Source: Tubulanus polymorphus | Taxonomy: Eukaryota; Animalia; Nemertea | Assembly (NCBI RefSeq): GCF_964204645.1 | Contig: NC_134031.1 | Span: forward strand, 10,044,001-10,108,000 | Direction of reading: 5' to 3' | Length of the DNA: 64,000 nt | Shown here: piece after piece, positions 12,893-25,430 of the stretch | How positions within the stretch are numbered: the first letter of the stretch is position 1 | How the letters are laid out: each line of letters begins with the position of its first letter | Notes under the pieces: generated by a model | Databases searched by the model: none | What the model saw: the letters and a program-made list of their open reading frames with translations, nothing else | What the model was told of the DNA's origin: nothing | Made by a program: the position numbers and the translations under genes

Positions 12893-13595
12893 ATGTTCAC
12901 TAGTGTATTTCATGCAAGAAAAGTCGGGGAGTTCGAAAGATTCAAAGAGTTTGAAGCGGCCATGTGTAATGAGAGCGGAAATCGCATAGGCACCCTGAGA
13001 TCCGATACCGGTGGGGAATATATCTCGAGCAAGTTTTTGAGGTACTTGAAAGAGAAGGGTATACGTCACGACACCCTCTTTGCCATATTCTCCAGAGCAA
13101 AATGGTGTTGCTGAAAGGTTGAATCGTTCTGTATGCGAAAAAGCGTGCTCAATAGTCGCTCATGCAGGATTGCCTAAATCATATTAGGCTGAAGCAATCG
13201 CCACTGCTGTGTATGTGAAAAATTGACTACCGACTAGAACTCTAAATGGGAATGTAACCCCACATGAACTCTGGTATGAACGAAGACCAGATCTTAGTCA
13301 CGTGAAAGTGTTTAGGTATACCCCGTATGCTATGATTCCCGATAAAAATCATAAAAAGCTAGATGATAAGGTCGTCACGATACGATCATGAATCAAAAGG
13401 CTACTGCCTGATCAATGATAAAACACGAATGGTTTACAAACGTCCTGATGTGGCCTTCAACGAGTACGACTTCGGACACTATGAGTCTGAACAGGACTTA
13501 AACAAAGATACTGTAATAATTGATGGGGAGAGTAATGTTGAACAGTCACGTGATCAATCACCACCGACTGAACTCAGAAGAAGCGACAGACCTAG
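12893..13595 (+). pseudogene. Copia integrase remnant
   Basis: IGTLRSDTGGEYIS, PEQNGVAERLNR, AEAIATAVY and HELWYERRPDLSH motifs with frameshifts and stops. Confidence 0.9.
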
Positions 13596-14010
13596 AAAAA
13601 TCTTAGTTCCAAAAATTGTAATATTTCCGTCGAGTACTGTACCCTTTCCTATGGTTTTTGCTAGACTAGCCTAGCACAAGGATGGTGGGAAAGGTAGATA
13701 GAAAAACCACCGCTCAAACGCAAGGTAAGAGGGAAGCACTCACCCAAGCACGGAATGGAGCACTGTAGCACAGGAGAGACCGGTTGGCCACAGTGAGTCC
13801 GTCCAGCTCAGGGGCCCCCTCGAATTTTGCAAAATTAATACTTGCAAACATGAGCTCAAACTATGTACATGGATACACCCCTTGTGATCCTGATAATGCA
13901 AACATAAAAATTATACGCTAAAGAGTCCGATCTGAAAGAACGGACACCTTGAGCCTTAACAACAGGACGGAGTGATGCTAATGAGCCTAACTGGCCTGAA
14001 ACATTCCGTA

Positions 14011-14883
14011 AACAAGAGCCCCAAGGGGCAACTATGGCCAGCCTGTCAGCTTTTCATAAAATGGAAAATGATGATGCACTCTGTGGGTTAAATTTGTCAA
14101 AATACACTCCCAGCTCAGAGTCAATACCTAATAATTTACACAATACAATCGTAGCACAGACAGCGACTGGACCTGGCAGGAACAAATACCTCAGATAAAT
14201 CTTTTCCCTTGGTCTTATTGATTTTAATGCGGAATAGAATTGAATTTTCTGAAATTTGCTCAACAATACAAAATTGAATTGGACTTGATGTTTTTATTCG
14301 TTCAATAAAGTAAAATTGAATTGAATTTGATATTTTTTGCGGAATAAAATTTGATTGAATTTGTAGTTTGAGCACATGTCTAATTAGCATCATCTATCCG
14401 ATTCAAGAAAAAGCTATTTTTCCCGGACTTTGCACAATGGTCAATGATATTTTCTGTAGTGCTAATAAAAATATTCCTCCCAAAAACCAAATCAACTAAA
14501 GCTTTCACAGAAATCGATCTTGAAATACAATTTTAGATCTTAAAATAAAACCCGGAAGTAAAACGGAAGACGATACCGCGGGTTCACGTGAACACCTGCT
14601 GATTTCTGCGGCTAAGCCAATCATAGAGGAGTCTTGGCTTTCTGATTGGCTTTTGAAAACCAATATTTTTGCGATCAGATATTCACGAAAAAGCTCATAT
14701 AAATTTTAAGGACACCCTCTTTCAAAATTCAGCTACGTAGAATTTGGAGAAAGGATAATGCTTTAATGAATGATTTGTATGAATATATGCTCAGTTGCAC
14801 AGTAAAAGAGCCTTTGCTCTGGAAACCATGTCATTTAAATTCGCTCCATTTGTATAGTAATAGGCTCAGCCTAAGGCTGTCCT
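14011..14883 (-). mobile_element. HINE family A, complete copy inserted in the DIRS recombinase gene
   Basis: aacaagagccccaagggg...taggctcagcctaaggctgtccta; inserted at AA/TT; aligns end to end with the split copy at 34177/42725. Confidence 0.82.
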
Positions 14884-15700
14884 AATAAAATGATGTGATT
14901 GTTGATGGAGAATTCCAAAAGGCAGACAGACTTCTTCCAACGGAGCACCTGAAAAGGCTGCGCACGAAGTAGCCATAGACCTCACTTGAAGAGAAACAAC
15001 TCACCTCCGAGGAAAGATTCTCCTTCAATAAAATTTCCTTGATCAGTGAAGAGACCCATCGGGCCACTGTGTCTCGAGAAATATCACCGGTGATCCAGCA
15101 GCGGAATAAATAACCGCTCCCGCAAACCCCTTCGTGGAGCAGAGCGATCTAAATAGAAACACAATACCCGTACAGGACATACCTTCCTGTCCAGAAGACC
15201 CGCTTCCACTCGAGGGCTTCAATTTAGGGCTTCCACTTTAGGGCTTCAATTCGCCATTGACGACCAACCGAGCCTGGCCGTTGGTTCTTTGCCAAAAACT
15301 CCAAAGCAGGCCGCAGCGAAACAAATTCCTTTGCTGGCCCGAAGACAATATGACCTTGTCGCACTAAAAATGCATGAATCTCAGAAAGACGAGCCGATCA
15401 AGCCAAGAACAGCAAGAATACAGTCTTTTTTGACAAATTCACAAATGACCCTGCAGAAAGAGGTTCAAATGGAGCCTCCATTAACTTCTTCAAAATTGCA
15501 GACAGATCCCATGGTGGAACTATCCCCGGTACCCGAGGCCGGGAAACAGAAAACCCCGCAACAAGCTGGGATATCCGATGATCCCCTGTTACATTTGTCC
15601 AGAAGCACGCAATGTATGAGAAATCGCGGAGCAGTAACCTTTAACAGTTATAACCTGCAAACCTTTTACTACAAATAGATGCAGTAAAAAATCTGCCAAT
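14884..15700 (-). pseudogene. DIRS tyrosine recombinase remnant (continues ~13870-14010)
   Basis: Minus strand reads ...CPVRVLCFYLDRS...ISRDTVARWVSSLIKE..., typical of DIRS YR, downstream of RNase H. Confidence 0.7.
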
Positions 15701-15704
15701 TGAG

Positions 15705-16697
15705 CTACAGAGGGTAAGCATGGATCAATTTCCCCTGCAGCACACCAATCAGCAGAATGACCCTATTTGGCATCGTAAATGGTACTTGTTGATGGCCGCT
15801 TAGATCCTGCGATAAAAGAGGCAGCCTGTTCCAAAAAGCCTGGAGCTGACAAGGATCGCTGGACAATGGCCAGGCTAGCAGATTAAACCACTGGCTGTTA
15901 GGATGATGCCGAAAGTTCCCCTGAGACAGAAGCGATGGGAAATTCAGAGGAATCCTGGGGTTGTCGCACAGTAGGTTGAGAAGTGGTAGGAAACATTCCT
16001 GAGCCGGCCAACATGGTGCTACCAGAACTATGTTGCAATTGACTGGTGTGGGCGGGAACGGATACGCATGCATCCCCGACCAGTCCAGAGAGAAGTCATC
16101 GACCCCCCACGCTTCCGCGTCTGGAAACGGGGAAACAAACAGAGGACACCTCCGATTGATCCGGGTGGCAAACATATCCAGTAGCGGATTGCCAAACATG
16201 TCTTGAACACTATTGGCTACTTCTTGGTGGAGAACCCATTCTGTCGCAATAGCCTGACCTCGACGAGAAAGAGTATCGGCCATCACGTTCCTTTTACCTG
16301 CTAGATGTTCCACAGTCAGGGAAACGCTCTTTGCCTGGCACCAAAGAAGAATTTTGGCTGACAGATCCGTGAGGATTTCTGTTGGAGTGCCCCCTTGATT
16401 CTGAAGGTAAGCCCTCACTGTTGAATTGTTCATGGCTAACCAAATGTGGTGGCTGTCCACTCTCCTGTGAAAGAACTTCAGGGCCTTCCACACGGCCAGC
16501 ATTTCCAGGAAATTTATGTGGTTGGTGGCCTGGTAGCGAGACCACCTCCCGGCTTTGACTCGGTTCTCCAGATGTGCCCCCCACCCTTGGTGACTGCCAT
16601 CCGTGAATACCTGAACTGGAGCCTCTAACGGGGCTAGTGACATCCTTAGCCGAAGACGAGTAACGAGCTGTTCCCGGGGTCGTGGGCACTCCCGCAA
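15705..16697 (-). pseudogene. DIRS RNase H plus Dam-like methyltransferase domain
   Basis: VFTDGSHQGWGA, HINFLEMLAV, HLAGKRNVMADTLSR (RNase H); LDMFAT, DDFSLDW, AYPFPP, LVAPCWP (MT-like). Confidence 0.88.
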
Positions 16698-16710
16698 CAG
16701 CTTCTTGAAG

Positions 16711-17410
16711 TTAGGCTACTTGAGCCATGGATGGAAAGACTTTGCCGATTCTGAGATCGAAGTCCATGCCGAGATAAGTGAACTGTTGAGCCGGTGTCAA
16801 CTGAGAATTTTCCCTGTTTATCCGGAACCCTAGCTGATGGACTAAGTCCAAGACTGAGGTAAGTGCCTCCCGACATTCTTGAGCCGAGTTCGCGACAATT
16901 AACCAGTTGTCGAGATAAACGAACAGTCGAACACTCCTGGACTGGAGTACCTTCTGAACGGACTTGACCAACTTGGTGAAAACCACTGGGGCCGTACTGA
17001 GGCCAAATGGAAGGGACCTGAATTGGAACTGGCGGCCTTTGCCTTTATCCAGAGAAATCGCCGAGATTTTGGGTGAATTGGAACCTGAAAGTAAGCATCT
17101 TTCAGGTCCAATGAAGCCGTCCATTGACCTGGACGGAGCCCTTGAATCACGTCCTTGGGTTTGGTCATCCGGAACCTTGGAATGTCTAGGTGCTGATTGA
17201 GGGATGACAGATCTATCACCTTCCGTTGACCCCCTGTGGCCTTTGGTACCATGAATATTCGGGAAAACCGGCTGGGAGAAGTTTCGTTGCAAACTGGTTC
17301 TATCGCTCCCTTCTCGGCCAATTCCTTGCCTTAGAAAACAGAGAGGGTAGCCACGAGAGACGACCCGGGAGGACCAACTGTCTCCAGAAAGGTCGGACCA
17401 GTAGGTAACT
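16711..17410 (-). pseudogene. DIRS reverse transcriptase, frameshifted
   Basis: FSRIFMVPK, SLDLKDAYFQVPI, FQFRSLPFGLSTAP and YLDNWL (YLDD-derived). Confidence 0.9.
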
Positions 17411-20099
17411 GCCTGCTGCAGACAACCTCCCACTGGTCCCAAGAATTCATTTCGAGTTTTTCCGAAAGGAAGAGCCCCTTTTTGGAGCCTTCCCCTTGCC
17501 CCAATACGAACCGGAACTGTTATTACCAGACGAGGCTTGCTGCGATTGTTGAAGTTGCGTGCTAGTTCTCCAACCGAGAAAGCACTGAAGTTTGAGTTGG
17601 TCCGGTTTGCGTCCGTGTCGAACCTTGCGCCGCTGGCGTCCGACCTGAACGCTTTTTCCACGGAGTTCGGACGGTGGACTTGGTCTGGACCTCCCGAATC
17701 TTCCTAAGCTCGGCGGAAACAGGAGCGCACCAACCGGGGAAGAGATGTAAAGACGTCCCCAATGGAGCTCTCAGCAAAGTATTGGACACCATATCCGGTA
17801 GACGAGCTTTGGAGTCCATAACTGATTCAAGGGAGGCTAACACAAGATTAGCCTGACCCCGAACCGGCAATGTAATTACATGTGAACCAGACCAAGCCAA
17901 AGATTGGATAATCCGGTCCATTCCCTCTAGTTTTAGGGCATCTGACTCAGGGTCAGAGCCCCCATGGACGGTGGCGAGAGTTTCCAGAAGCTCACCTGTC
18001 AACCCCTTAAGTGCCAAATCCTGAAACGAACCAACCCTGGTAAGATTTCCAGGATTGGCGCCATGGCCACCAAACCGGACTTAGGTAAACGAATACCCGA
18101 CTGTGCTGAAACAGTATCTGGGCTGATCAAAGTATAATCAGCATCCAGGCAGCTATGACTATGATCCACAGCACCTGGAGTTGCATAATACGCCGAGCGA
18201 AATGCGCCTATATGTAGATCGGTTGAACTAAAATTTTCCAGATTTCATACCCCGTTCTGCAGGGGGAAACGAAAACGTTCCAGGGCGACATTCACCCCAT
18301 AATTGTGTAACTTATCGAGCCCATTCTCTTGAAACCGCTGACGATTCGCGTAAGACATTAAGATCAGAGTCCGGAGGGGGATAAGCTTCCATTAACTCTC
18401 CGAACAGAGGAGCTGCTATAGGCTGAGTGCGAGTTGCCCCGTGTTTGACAAAAAACTCAGTAATCATTGCTCTAAATGGCACGTCCCCCGCTGGTTCGGA
18501 TAAAACTGAACGGGACGGAGATACATTGCGAGCCAGGGAAGTCCCCATTGTATGGGGCAACCCAAAATTGCTTGAGGCAGGAACGGCCCCAGAAGGAATT
18601 TCCGGTTCTGGGACCGGATCCTCATTGGAATCAGACCCTACCCCAGCAATAAGGAATTCAGAGTCTGAATTCCGAATAACTGAGTGGGCTGGCGAACTTC
18701 TAACCAGACAATCAGGAATAGGCTTACCTGTTGTAGAAGTTGTAGCGACTTGTTGCGACGACGATAACAAGTTTAAAATTTTTTCTTCAAATACATGGAA
18801 ATCCTTCTGAGTCAGGAATTTCCCTGTATCCCGACGATCATGAAGACTTCGGTGACGGTCCCTCGAACGGGATCAATACCTGCTAGAAGAATCACCTTCT
18901 TCGCTTAACGACCTCGGTGAAGGACGGCGAAACTTTCTGCAATAACAATCATAATCCCTCTCGCGATCAATCCTTGATCTGCGAGAAGACCTGGCGCAAT
19001 TATTACCCTCACGGTGTCTGGACCTAGTGGGAGAGCAAGCTCTATCCCCGGAGCAACGATGACTATGATTCGAAACATCAGAATCAGACGATGTATAAAC
19101 CGGAAGTTTAGAACCAGGTGACATCTGGACCGGACCGGTGCCCGAACCAGACTGGACCGATACCGACCGAACCGGTGCCGACCGGCTTGTGCCGGTATAT
19201 TGACTACCGCGGCATGCGCTTGGTTCAGAACATATTGTCTGAACCGGATGAACCGGCTAAACCGGTGATCGACCAGCGACCGGTGCCGGAGAACTAGCGC
19301 TCCTTCCCTGTAGAACGGAGTTGGGAAGCTGACCGTGCAAGTACAATCGGGACCGCCTCGCTATACGATTTGAAATAGAATTAGAGATGTCGGTTGGCAC
19401 GCCAGAAACCGACGAATCCTGACTACCCGACGACGATCTTTCAGCTTCCAAGCCTTATCAGCCAGAATCCAAAGGTCCTCGGACCAAACCTCGCAAGTCT
19501 TGCAAGGATTACTCCTAGAACAGACTTGGCCAGATTTACGCCTACACGAGGCACACGAAACGTGGTCATCCCAGGCACCGAATAAATGTCCACATCCCTC
19601 ACCGCCACGATGCTGACCTTGGGAGAGGGGGCGGCATAATTATTCAATTAATCGGTCACAACAATGAATTAAATCAAATTAAATTAAATTAAATTAGTTA
19701 AATTATTTCGGGAAAAAAGAAACAAGGGATAGCCCCCAAACCGAACGGACTCACCATTACGAGTGATTACTCCCTTAACTTCCTAATCCCTTTGAATTTT
19801 TGGCGAAAAAATCCAACGCGTTCATATACAAGAACGCCAAGAAAAAAGATGGCGGATTTCGCTGGTGGCTTAACGCAATACCGCAGGGCCGGGTTGTATG
19901 AAAAAACCATTGGCGATCCATCCAAATTTAGAAAATATTGGCACAAACCATAGGAAAGGTTACAGTACTTGACAGAAATATCAGACCCCAGGACCATCTA
20001 GATGAAATGTGTGCCACCCATTTTACTGAAATTCGCGATAGGCAAATGGATTGGAAGCATGACGTCATCAGCTAGTGAAAGCAAAAGCAAACCACAGGT

Positions 20100-22070
20100 T
20101 CACTAAAAATCCTTGTATGGATTAAAGCAATCTCCCCAGGTGCTGGAATGCCGAATTTACACGTAATATTGAGTCGTAGGGTTTTCAGCAGAGCGCTGCT
20201 GACCCCTGTGCGTCTGTTAAGTTTAGAGATATCGGATTACTTATCGTAGCGGTTTATGTTGATGATCTGATAATAGCCTCACGTGTGTTATGTGAGCTAA
20301 ATAGTTTGAAAGGTGATCTTTCAAAACGATTCCAAATGAAAGATATGGGTGAACTCCATTTCTGTCTTAGAATAAGTGTTGTTCAAGGAAATGGCATAAT
20401 TAATTTGCATCAAAATCAGTATTTACAATGCCTTCTCAAAAAGTTTAGAATGTGTGATGCGAATCCGGTTTCAACACCGTTGGATGTAAATGTTAAGTTA
20501 GTGAAAATGATGGCGTGAGCAAACCCGTGAATAAAGTTCTCTATCAATCGATCGTTGGAAGTTTGCTCTATGCTGCCACAGCCATGCGTCCAGATATCGC
20601 TCAAGCTGTAAGCACAATATTGATATATTGTCAGTGTTGCCAGCACCTAGCTTTGCTATATCCGGAAGTATTTATTGACATACACAAACTTCCGAGCGCC
20701 GAAGGCGCGAAGCCATTTCGGGGGGTTTGGGGGTCCCCCCAAGAAAATTTCAGAAATTAGAAGCGTTTTCCGAGCACTTGGAGCGATCGTGAACCCATGA
20801 ACAACTTATTATATTCTGGAAGGTATTTCCAATGTGGCACATCCTCATTCATTGACGATCAGCATCTTCTCACGCATTACGGGCCGAGTCCTGAATTATT
20901 GCAGTTCAAATGCGCCGATGAACGCTCACAAATTCAAGATCAGAGCGCTTGAGCGCTTAGTTGGCAAGGAAATATTTAAAATTTCGTTAATAATCAATTT
21001 ATCCGTGAATATTATGCAACTCATTTTCCGGGGAACTATCGCATACGGGCCTATTGAAAATAAAAAAAATGGAACATTCAAAAAAGGACGGATCATAGAT
21101 AGTTTAGGCCTAAGCCTAGATGATCATAGATGTGTAACTTGAAGGGACGTACCTATGAGTGCTCTGATAAAGATGATCTAATACAAGCGCGGCGCATCAG
21201 CAAGTCAAGTCGTGGTTACAGTACAGAAGTTTATTGAACTCCAAAATTTTACAATACACATTCGAGTATAAAATCAATTAAGTTATAAGCACTACTCTGT
21301 ATACTTACACAAAAGCCGCTCGACCGCAGAGCTGTGCGGCGTCGTCATGACGATTGGTGGTGATGCAATCATCACAGCGAATGCGTATGGGTGGCCGTTC
21401 TAATAAAAATTAACGGCATTTTCGCGCAGTACGAAGAAAATTTCCGGATTTTTTTTTGAAAGTTTCGATTTCCGGAACTCCGGAAATTTCCGGAAGTCTG
21501 GCAACACTGTATTGTGGTGATCCGTCAGAAGCACACTTGACCGCTGCGAAACGCGTGTTGCGGTAATTGAAAGGAACCGCGGAATTATCCCTTGTTTACC
21601 GGAGATCTGAAATCAATGTCTGCGAGGATATTCAGATGTGAATAGGGGAAGCGACCTCGACGATCGAAGGTCAACAACCGGTAACGTGTTCATACTTGCC
21701 AGTAGTGCAATTAGCTGGTTAAGTAAAAGGCAACCTACTGTTGCACCCTCTACGATTGAAGCGGAATATATGGCGCTCAGTAGGGCAACGCAGGAAGCTG
21801 GTTGGTTACGTTGTTTTAGGTGCGACTCAGACGACTCCTACCGTAATAGCAGAGAATAACATAGGCTTTATTGCATTATCGAAAAATCCTGTAGGACACT
21901 GTTGTACAAAACACATTGATTTGCGTCATCATTTCTATTGTGAAGCTGTCGCTGATGGAACTATTAGTATTGAGTACTGTAAAACATTAGAAATGGTTGC
22001 TGACATTCTTAGAAAACTACTACCTCCAGTTCAATTTGATAAACTAAGACATAAAATGGGACTTGAGTAA
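20100..22070 (+). pseudogene. Copia RT-RNase H remnant, interrupted by a MITE
   Basis: SLYGLKQSP, VYVDDL, FQMKDMG, YQSIVGSLLYAA, DRRSTTG, STIEAEY, TKHIDLRHHF and EMVADIL. Confidence 0.92.
20632..21509. mobile_element. CAGTGTTGCCAG-ended non-autonomous DNA transposon (hAT-like) with 6-bp TSD
   Basis: TIR cagtgttgccag / ctggcaacactg; tattgt duplicated on both flanks. Confidence 0.88.
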
Positions 22071-22085
22071 AATTTTAAGTGGGAG

Positions 22086-22281
22086 TGTTGTTGAAGTAAT
22101 ATTTCTACTAATATTCGGAAATAGGTCATGGTGATGGTGAATAGTTTTTTGAACCTTGTATAACCTTATGGTTTATGTATCTGTTTTTGTCAGTTGAGAA
22201 TGAAACGTCAAAGTAGATTGACATCCGTTGTTTTGCTTTCTTCCTTGGTAGCTGTGTTACTTTACTTACCCTATAACAACA
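22086..22281 (+). repeat. Copia 3' LTR
   Basis: tgttgttg...taacaaca, preceded by a polypurine tract. Confidence 0.92.
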
Positions 22282-22543
22282 CACCAGTCGCTAGGTTTCT
22301 TTTTGAACTCAATTGAAATCACTTCGTAATTTTCTTATCAATGAATGATGAAAAAAGATTGCATAAACCCTAAAGATAAACCCTACGATAACCCTAGAGA
22401 CATTTAAAATCACGATGTATCTAATATATTATGATTTTGATCAAGTACGTCTGAAATTTTATTGGCACTAGTGCGCCTTGCTCTCATTGAAATAAGCATA
22501 GTCCTTTAACCCAAAATTGAAGAGTAGATATTTTAATACGTAC

Positions 22544-22688
22544 CCATCTGATGCAAAATTAACTCTATTTTGGGCACCTGGAGCGCCATAACCAGCCATG
22601 AAATCAGGGTTACCATTATACAAAGCGTGTTCATCTATGAATTCAGGTGTTATACACCCATCGACCAACATGCCTGGTTCATACCCCT
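22544..22688 (-). CDS. KIFAP3: KIFAP3 penultimate coding exon
   Basis: tttcag acceptor and gtacgt donor; phase 1 in, phase 2 out, matching both neighbours; EGYEPGMLVDGCITPEFIDEHALYNGNPDF...FASDG. Confidence 0.85.
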
Positions 22689-23297
22689 CTGAAATGAATA
22701 GTAGGAAGATGTTACACTAGAAATGGCACAGCAGAGCCAATTCTCCATCCTGGGGTTTAGATGTAACAAATCTGTTCGGACATCTGACAAAAAGCGAATG
22801 CAATGTTCAGCTGACTACTTTACTCCCAAGTGAGCTAAAAATGATGACTCCGACAATATCATAACCACCAGGACATGTTTATACTTAATAATCTTGTCAA
22901 TACGTAGTTCAGGGTCCATAGAAGAGTCCATATATCTTTAATCTTCCTATCTTTTCTTAAAGAAAAGCACATAGTGCATGAATTATATAACAATGACTAA
23001 TTGAATTGATCATATTGCCTTGTTAAATGAACTGAAGCGCCATACCACAGATTCTACATATATATTCTATATTTATTTTCTGAGCTCCACTATAAAATTA
23101 TCAATTTGTTGAACTAGCTTGCCCAGTAGGTCTAGACAATACCGGAGTTTTGCAATGATGTTGTAAACAATTATTGCAGCAATGGTAGCAACAGTTTTAT
23201 AAGATGCTTTTATGGTCTATTCATTCATTAAGTGTGGTACGATCTCAACTCTCATGAATATAACCACTATAACCACTTCATCAATCTAAAGAATGAT

Positions 23298-24230
23298 AAC
23301 AAGAGCTCCATGGGGTTTGACATGGCAGTTTCACAAATTATGAAAGATGTAAGACCTGTGCTTCAATCAATTCCAAGCATCAAACAAGGCAATTCAATAC
23401 TACGTATCTATGTCCCCCACGATAGCCAGTAGGGAATGAATGACCCCTGAAGACACTGAGCGTATCCAGGGATAACCATACTATGAAATATCATTTTCCT
23501 GCTATGAATTTTAAGCATTTATTCTATTGCAATTTAAGAATTGAGTATACAGGATTTTAGGCAAAAGACGTCTACCAACCTGGACCTTTGACCCTAGAAC
23601 TCCAAAATAACTAATGCACTAATGCACATCCTCTCCCCAGGGGTAATCATACTATGAAATAGCATTGTTCTGTTATCAATGGTTTTTCTTGAATCGTGTT
23701 TACAAGGTTTTATATGAATGATATCTACTGACCGTGACCTTTTTCCCAAAAATCAATGGGGCACATCCTCTCCCTAGGTGTAATCATGCAATGTAATATC
23801 ATTGTATTGCTATCAACAGATCTTTCTGAATCACATTCACGACACAAGGTTTCACATGAATGACCTGAAGTGACCTTGACCTTTGATGCTTGGAGCCCAG
23901 CATCAATAGGGCACATCCTCTCCCTAGGGGTAATCATACTACATAATATCATGGTACTGCTATCGACGGTTCTTCTTGAATCACATTCACAATGTATCAC
24001 ATGAATGACCTGTAGTGACCTTGACCTTTGGTCCTTGGACCCCAAAATCAATAGGGCACATCCTCTCCCTGGGGTAATCATACTGTGTAATATCATAGTC
24101 CTGCGATCAACGATTCTTCTTGAATCGGGTTCACAAGCTCATGCAGACGGACGGACGGACGGACGGACGGACGGACGCTACGACGGACGGACGAACAGAG
24201 GCGGATACCAAGTCCCCAATAAGGGCAGGT
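23298..24230 (-). mobile_element. HINE-type element with internal ~140-bp tandem repeats and (GACG)n microsatellite
   Basis: aacaagagctccatgggg end; repeated gggcacatcctctccctaggggtaatcat units; gacg run at ~24146-24195. Confidence 0.7.
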
Positions 24231-24260
24231 CGTAAGATCATTTCCAACTCCCAAGTAGTT

Positions 24261-25430
24261 AAACTAGGTGTCCATGGACACCATGCCCGCTTGGGAAGTG
24301 GTTTCAAATGCTCAAAAGTCTAACAATTTCAATATTCAACATCCCCTGGTGACCATATACAAAAACCAATGACCTTGAAACTCACAACAATCATAGAACA
24401 TGTCAGTAGCTACGATTTTGTAATGGATTGTGATAACAAAATATGCCTCGTTACGAATTTGATATGGAAATACTAAGTAATTCTACTATTCAACGCCCCC
24501 TGGTGACCATATGCAAAAGCTAATGACCTTAAAACTGACCACAATCATAGGACATATTCATGAGCTACCACTTTGCAATTGATCATGGTTACAAAATATG
24601 CCTAGGTAAGGAAATACTAAGTTATACTATATTCTTCTATTCAATGCCCCCTGGTGACGATATAGAATAACTAATGTCCTTAAAACTCACCACAATCTTC
24701 TGTTGGTAACAAAATATGCATACGTACAAATATAATATAGAAGTTTTTGTATTATTCAACGCCCCCTGGTGGCCATATACAAAAACCAATTACCTCGAAA
24801 CTCACGAAAACCATAGAACACATGGTTACAACTTTCCAATTGATTATAGTAACTCAATATGCTAAGGTATCAATTTAATGTGGAAAAACTTTTTCCCACC
24901 TACGAATGAGTACTGATGACACCCAAGATGGCTGCCAAATGGGTCATAATTGGCTGATCAAAAATACCTGTCTTAGGTATAAATATCCCTTTCCAAAGAA
25001 TACCCATCACAAATTGCAATGAGAAATGGCAAACCAGTAGGAAGCTATAGGACCCAAAATTCCGGCCAAAATTGACGTTTTTGGGCACTAAAAAGGTCAT
25101 AGGACGGCCATCTTGAGTCCGATCGACCCAATTTTTCAAGGTTGTGAATTCAAATATGTACGAATGATAAAGGTAATTGATCAAAGCGTCTTCAAAATTT
25201 CCCTCAAAAACTTCAAAAATGTGTAAAAAGTGCTCATTTTGGCAAACAACAATGGCTGCCAATCGGCCATCTTGATTCTGACAGGGCCAGTTTTTGGGCT
25301 GAATATGTGTCTAGGGTAGATACATGTATAAACCAAATATCAAGATATTACATTGAAGTGTCTTCAAAACTTCCCAAAATATTTGGATTCCGTCCACGGA
25401 TGGACGCATGGACGAACGAACGGACCCACT
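24261..25430 (-). mobile_element. HINE family B
   Basis: aactaggtgtccatggacacc hairpin end; four attcaacgccccctggtg-containing repeats; homologous to 40292-41482, 58700-59370 and 62752-63158. Confidence 0.8.

Larger units (their letters stand above)
13596..19981 (-). mobile_element. DIRS1-like tyrosine-recombinase retrotransposon, apparently full length, decayed
   Basis: Inverted terminal repeats atatttccgtcgagtactgtaccctttcctatgg (from 13621) and ccataggaaaggttacagtacttgacagaaatat (to ~19981), with a short extra extension at the 3' end; gag, RT, RNase H/MT and YR remnants. Internal complementary region not located. Confidence 0.9.
4373..22281 (+). mobile_element. Copia/Ty1 LTR retrotransposon, decayed, with five nested insertions
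   Basis: Two ~196-bp direct repeats; gag, protease (WLIDSG ~6078), integrase and RT-RNase H remnants in Copia order; purine tract aagtgggag before the 3' LTR. No clean TSD or PBS recognised. Confidence 0.93.

Noticed and set aside
15289-15678. Plus-strand 129-aa ORF and other plus-strand ORFs over 16446-19585
   Set aside because: Antisense shadows of the GC-richer DIRS coding region.
24900-25262. Recurrent ORFs (MAAIVVCQN..., MADWQPLLFAK..., also at 41085, 59113 and 62708) suggesting a gene family
   Set aside because: Chance frames in copies of non-coding HINE family B; frames are not conserved between copies.
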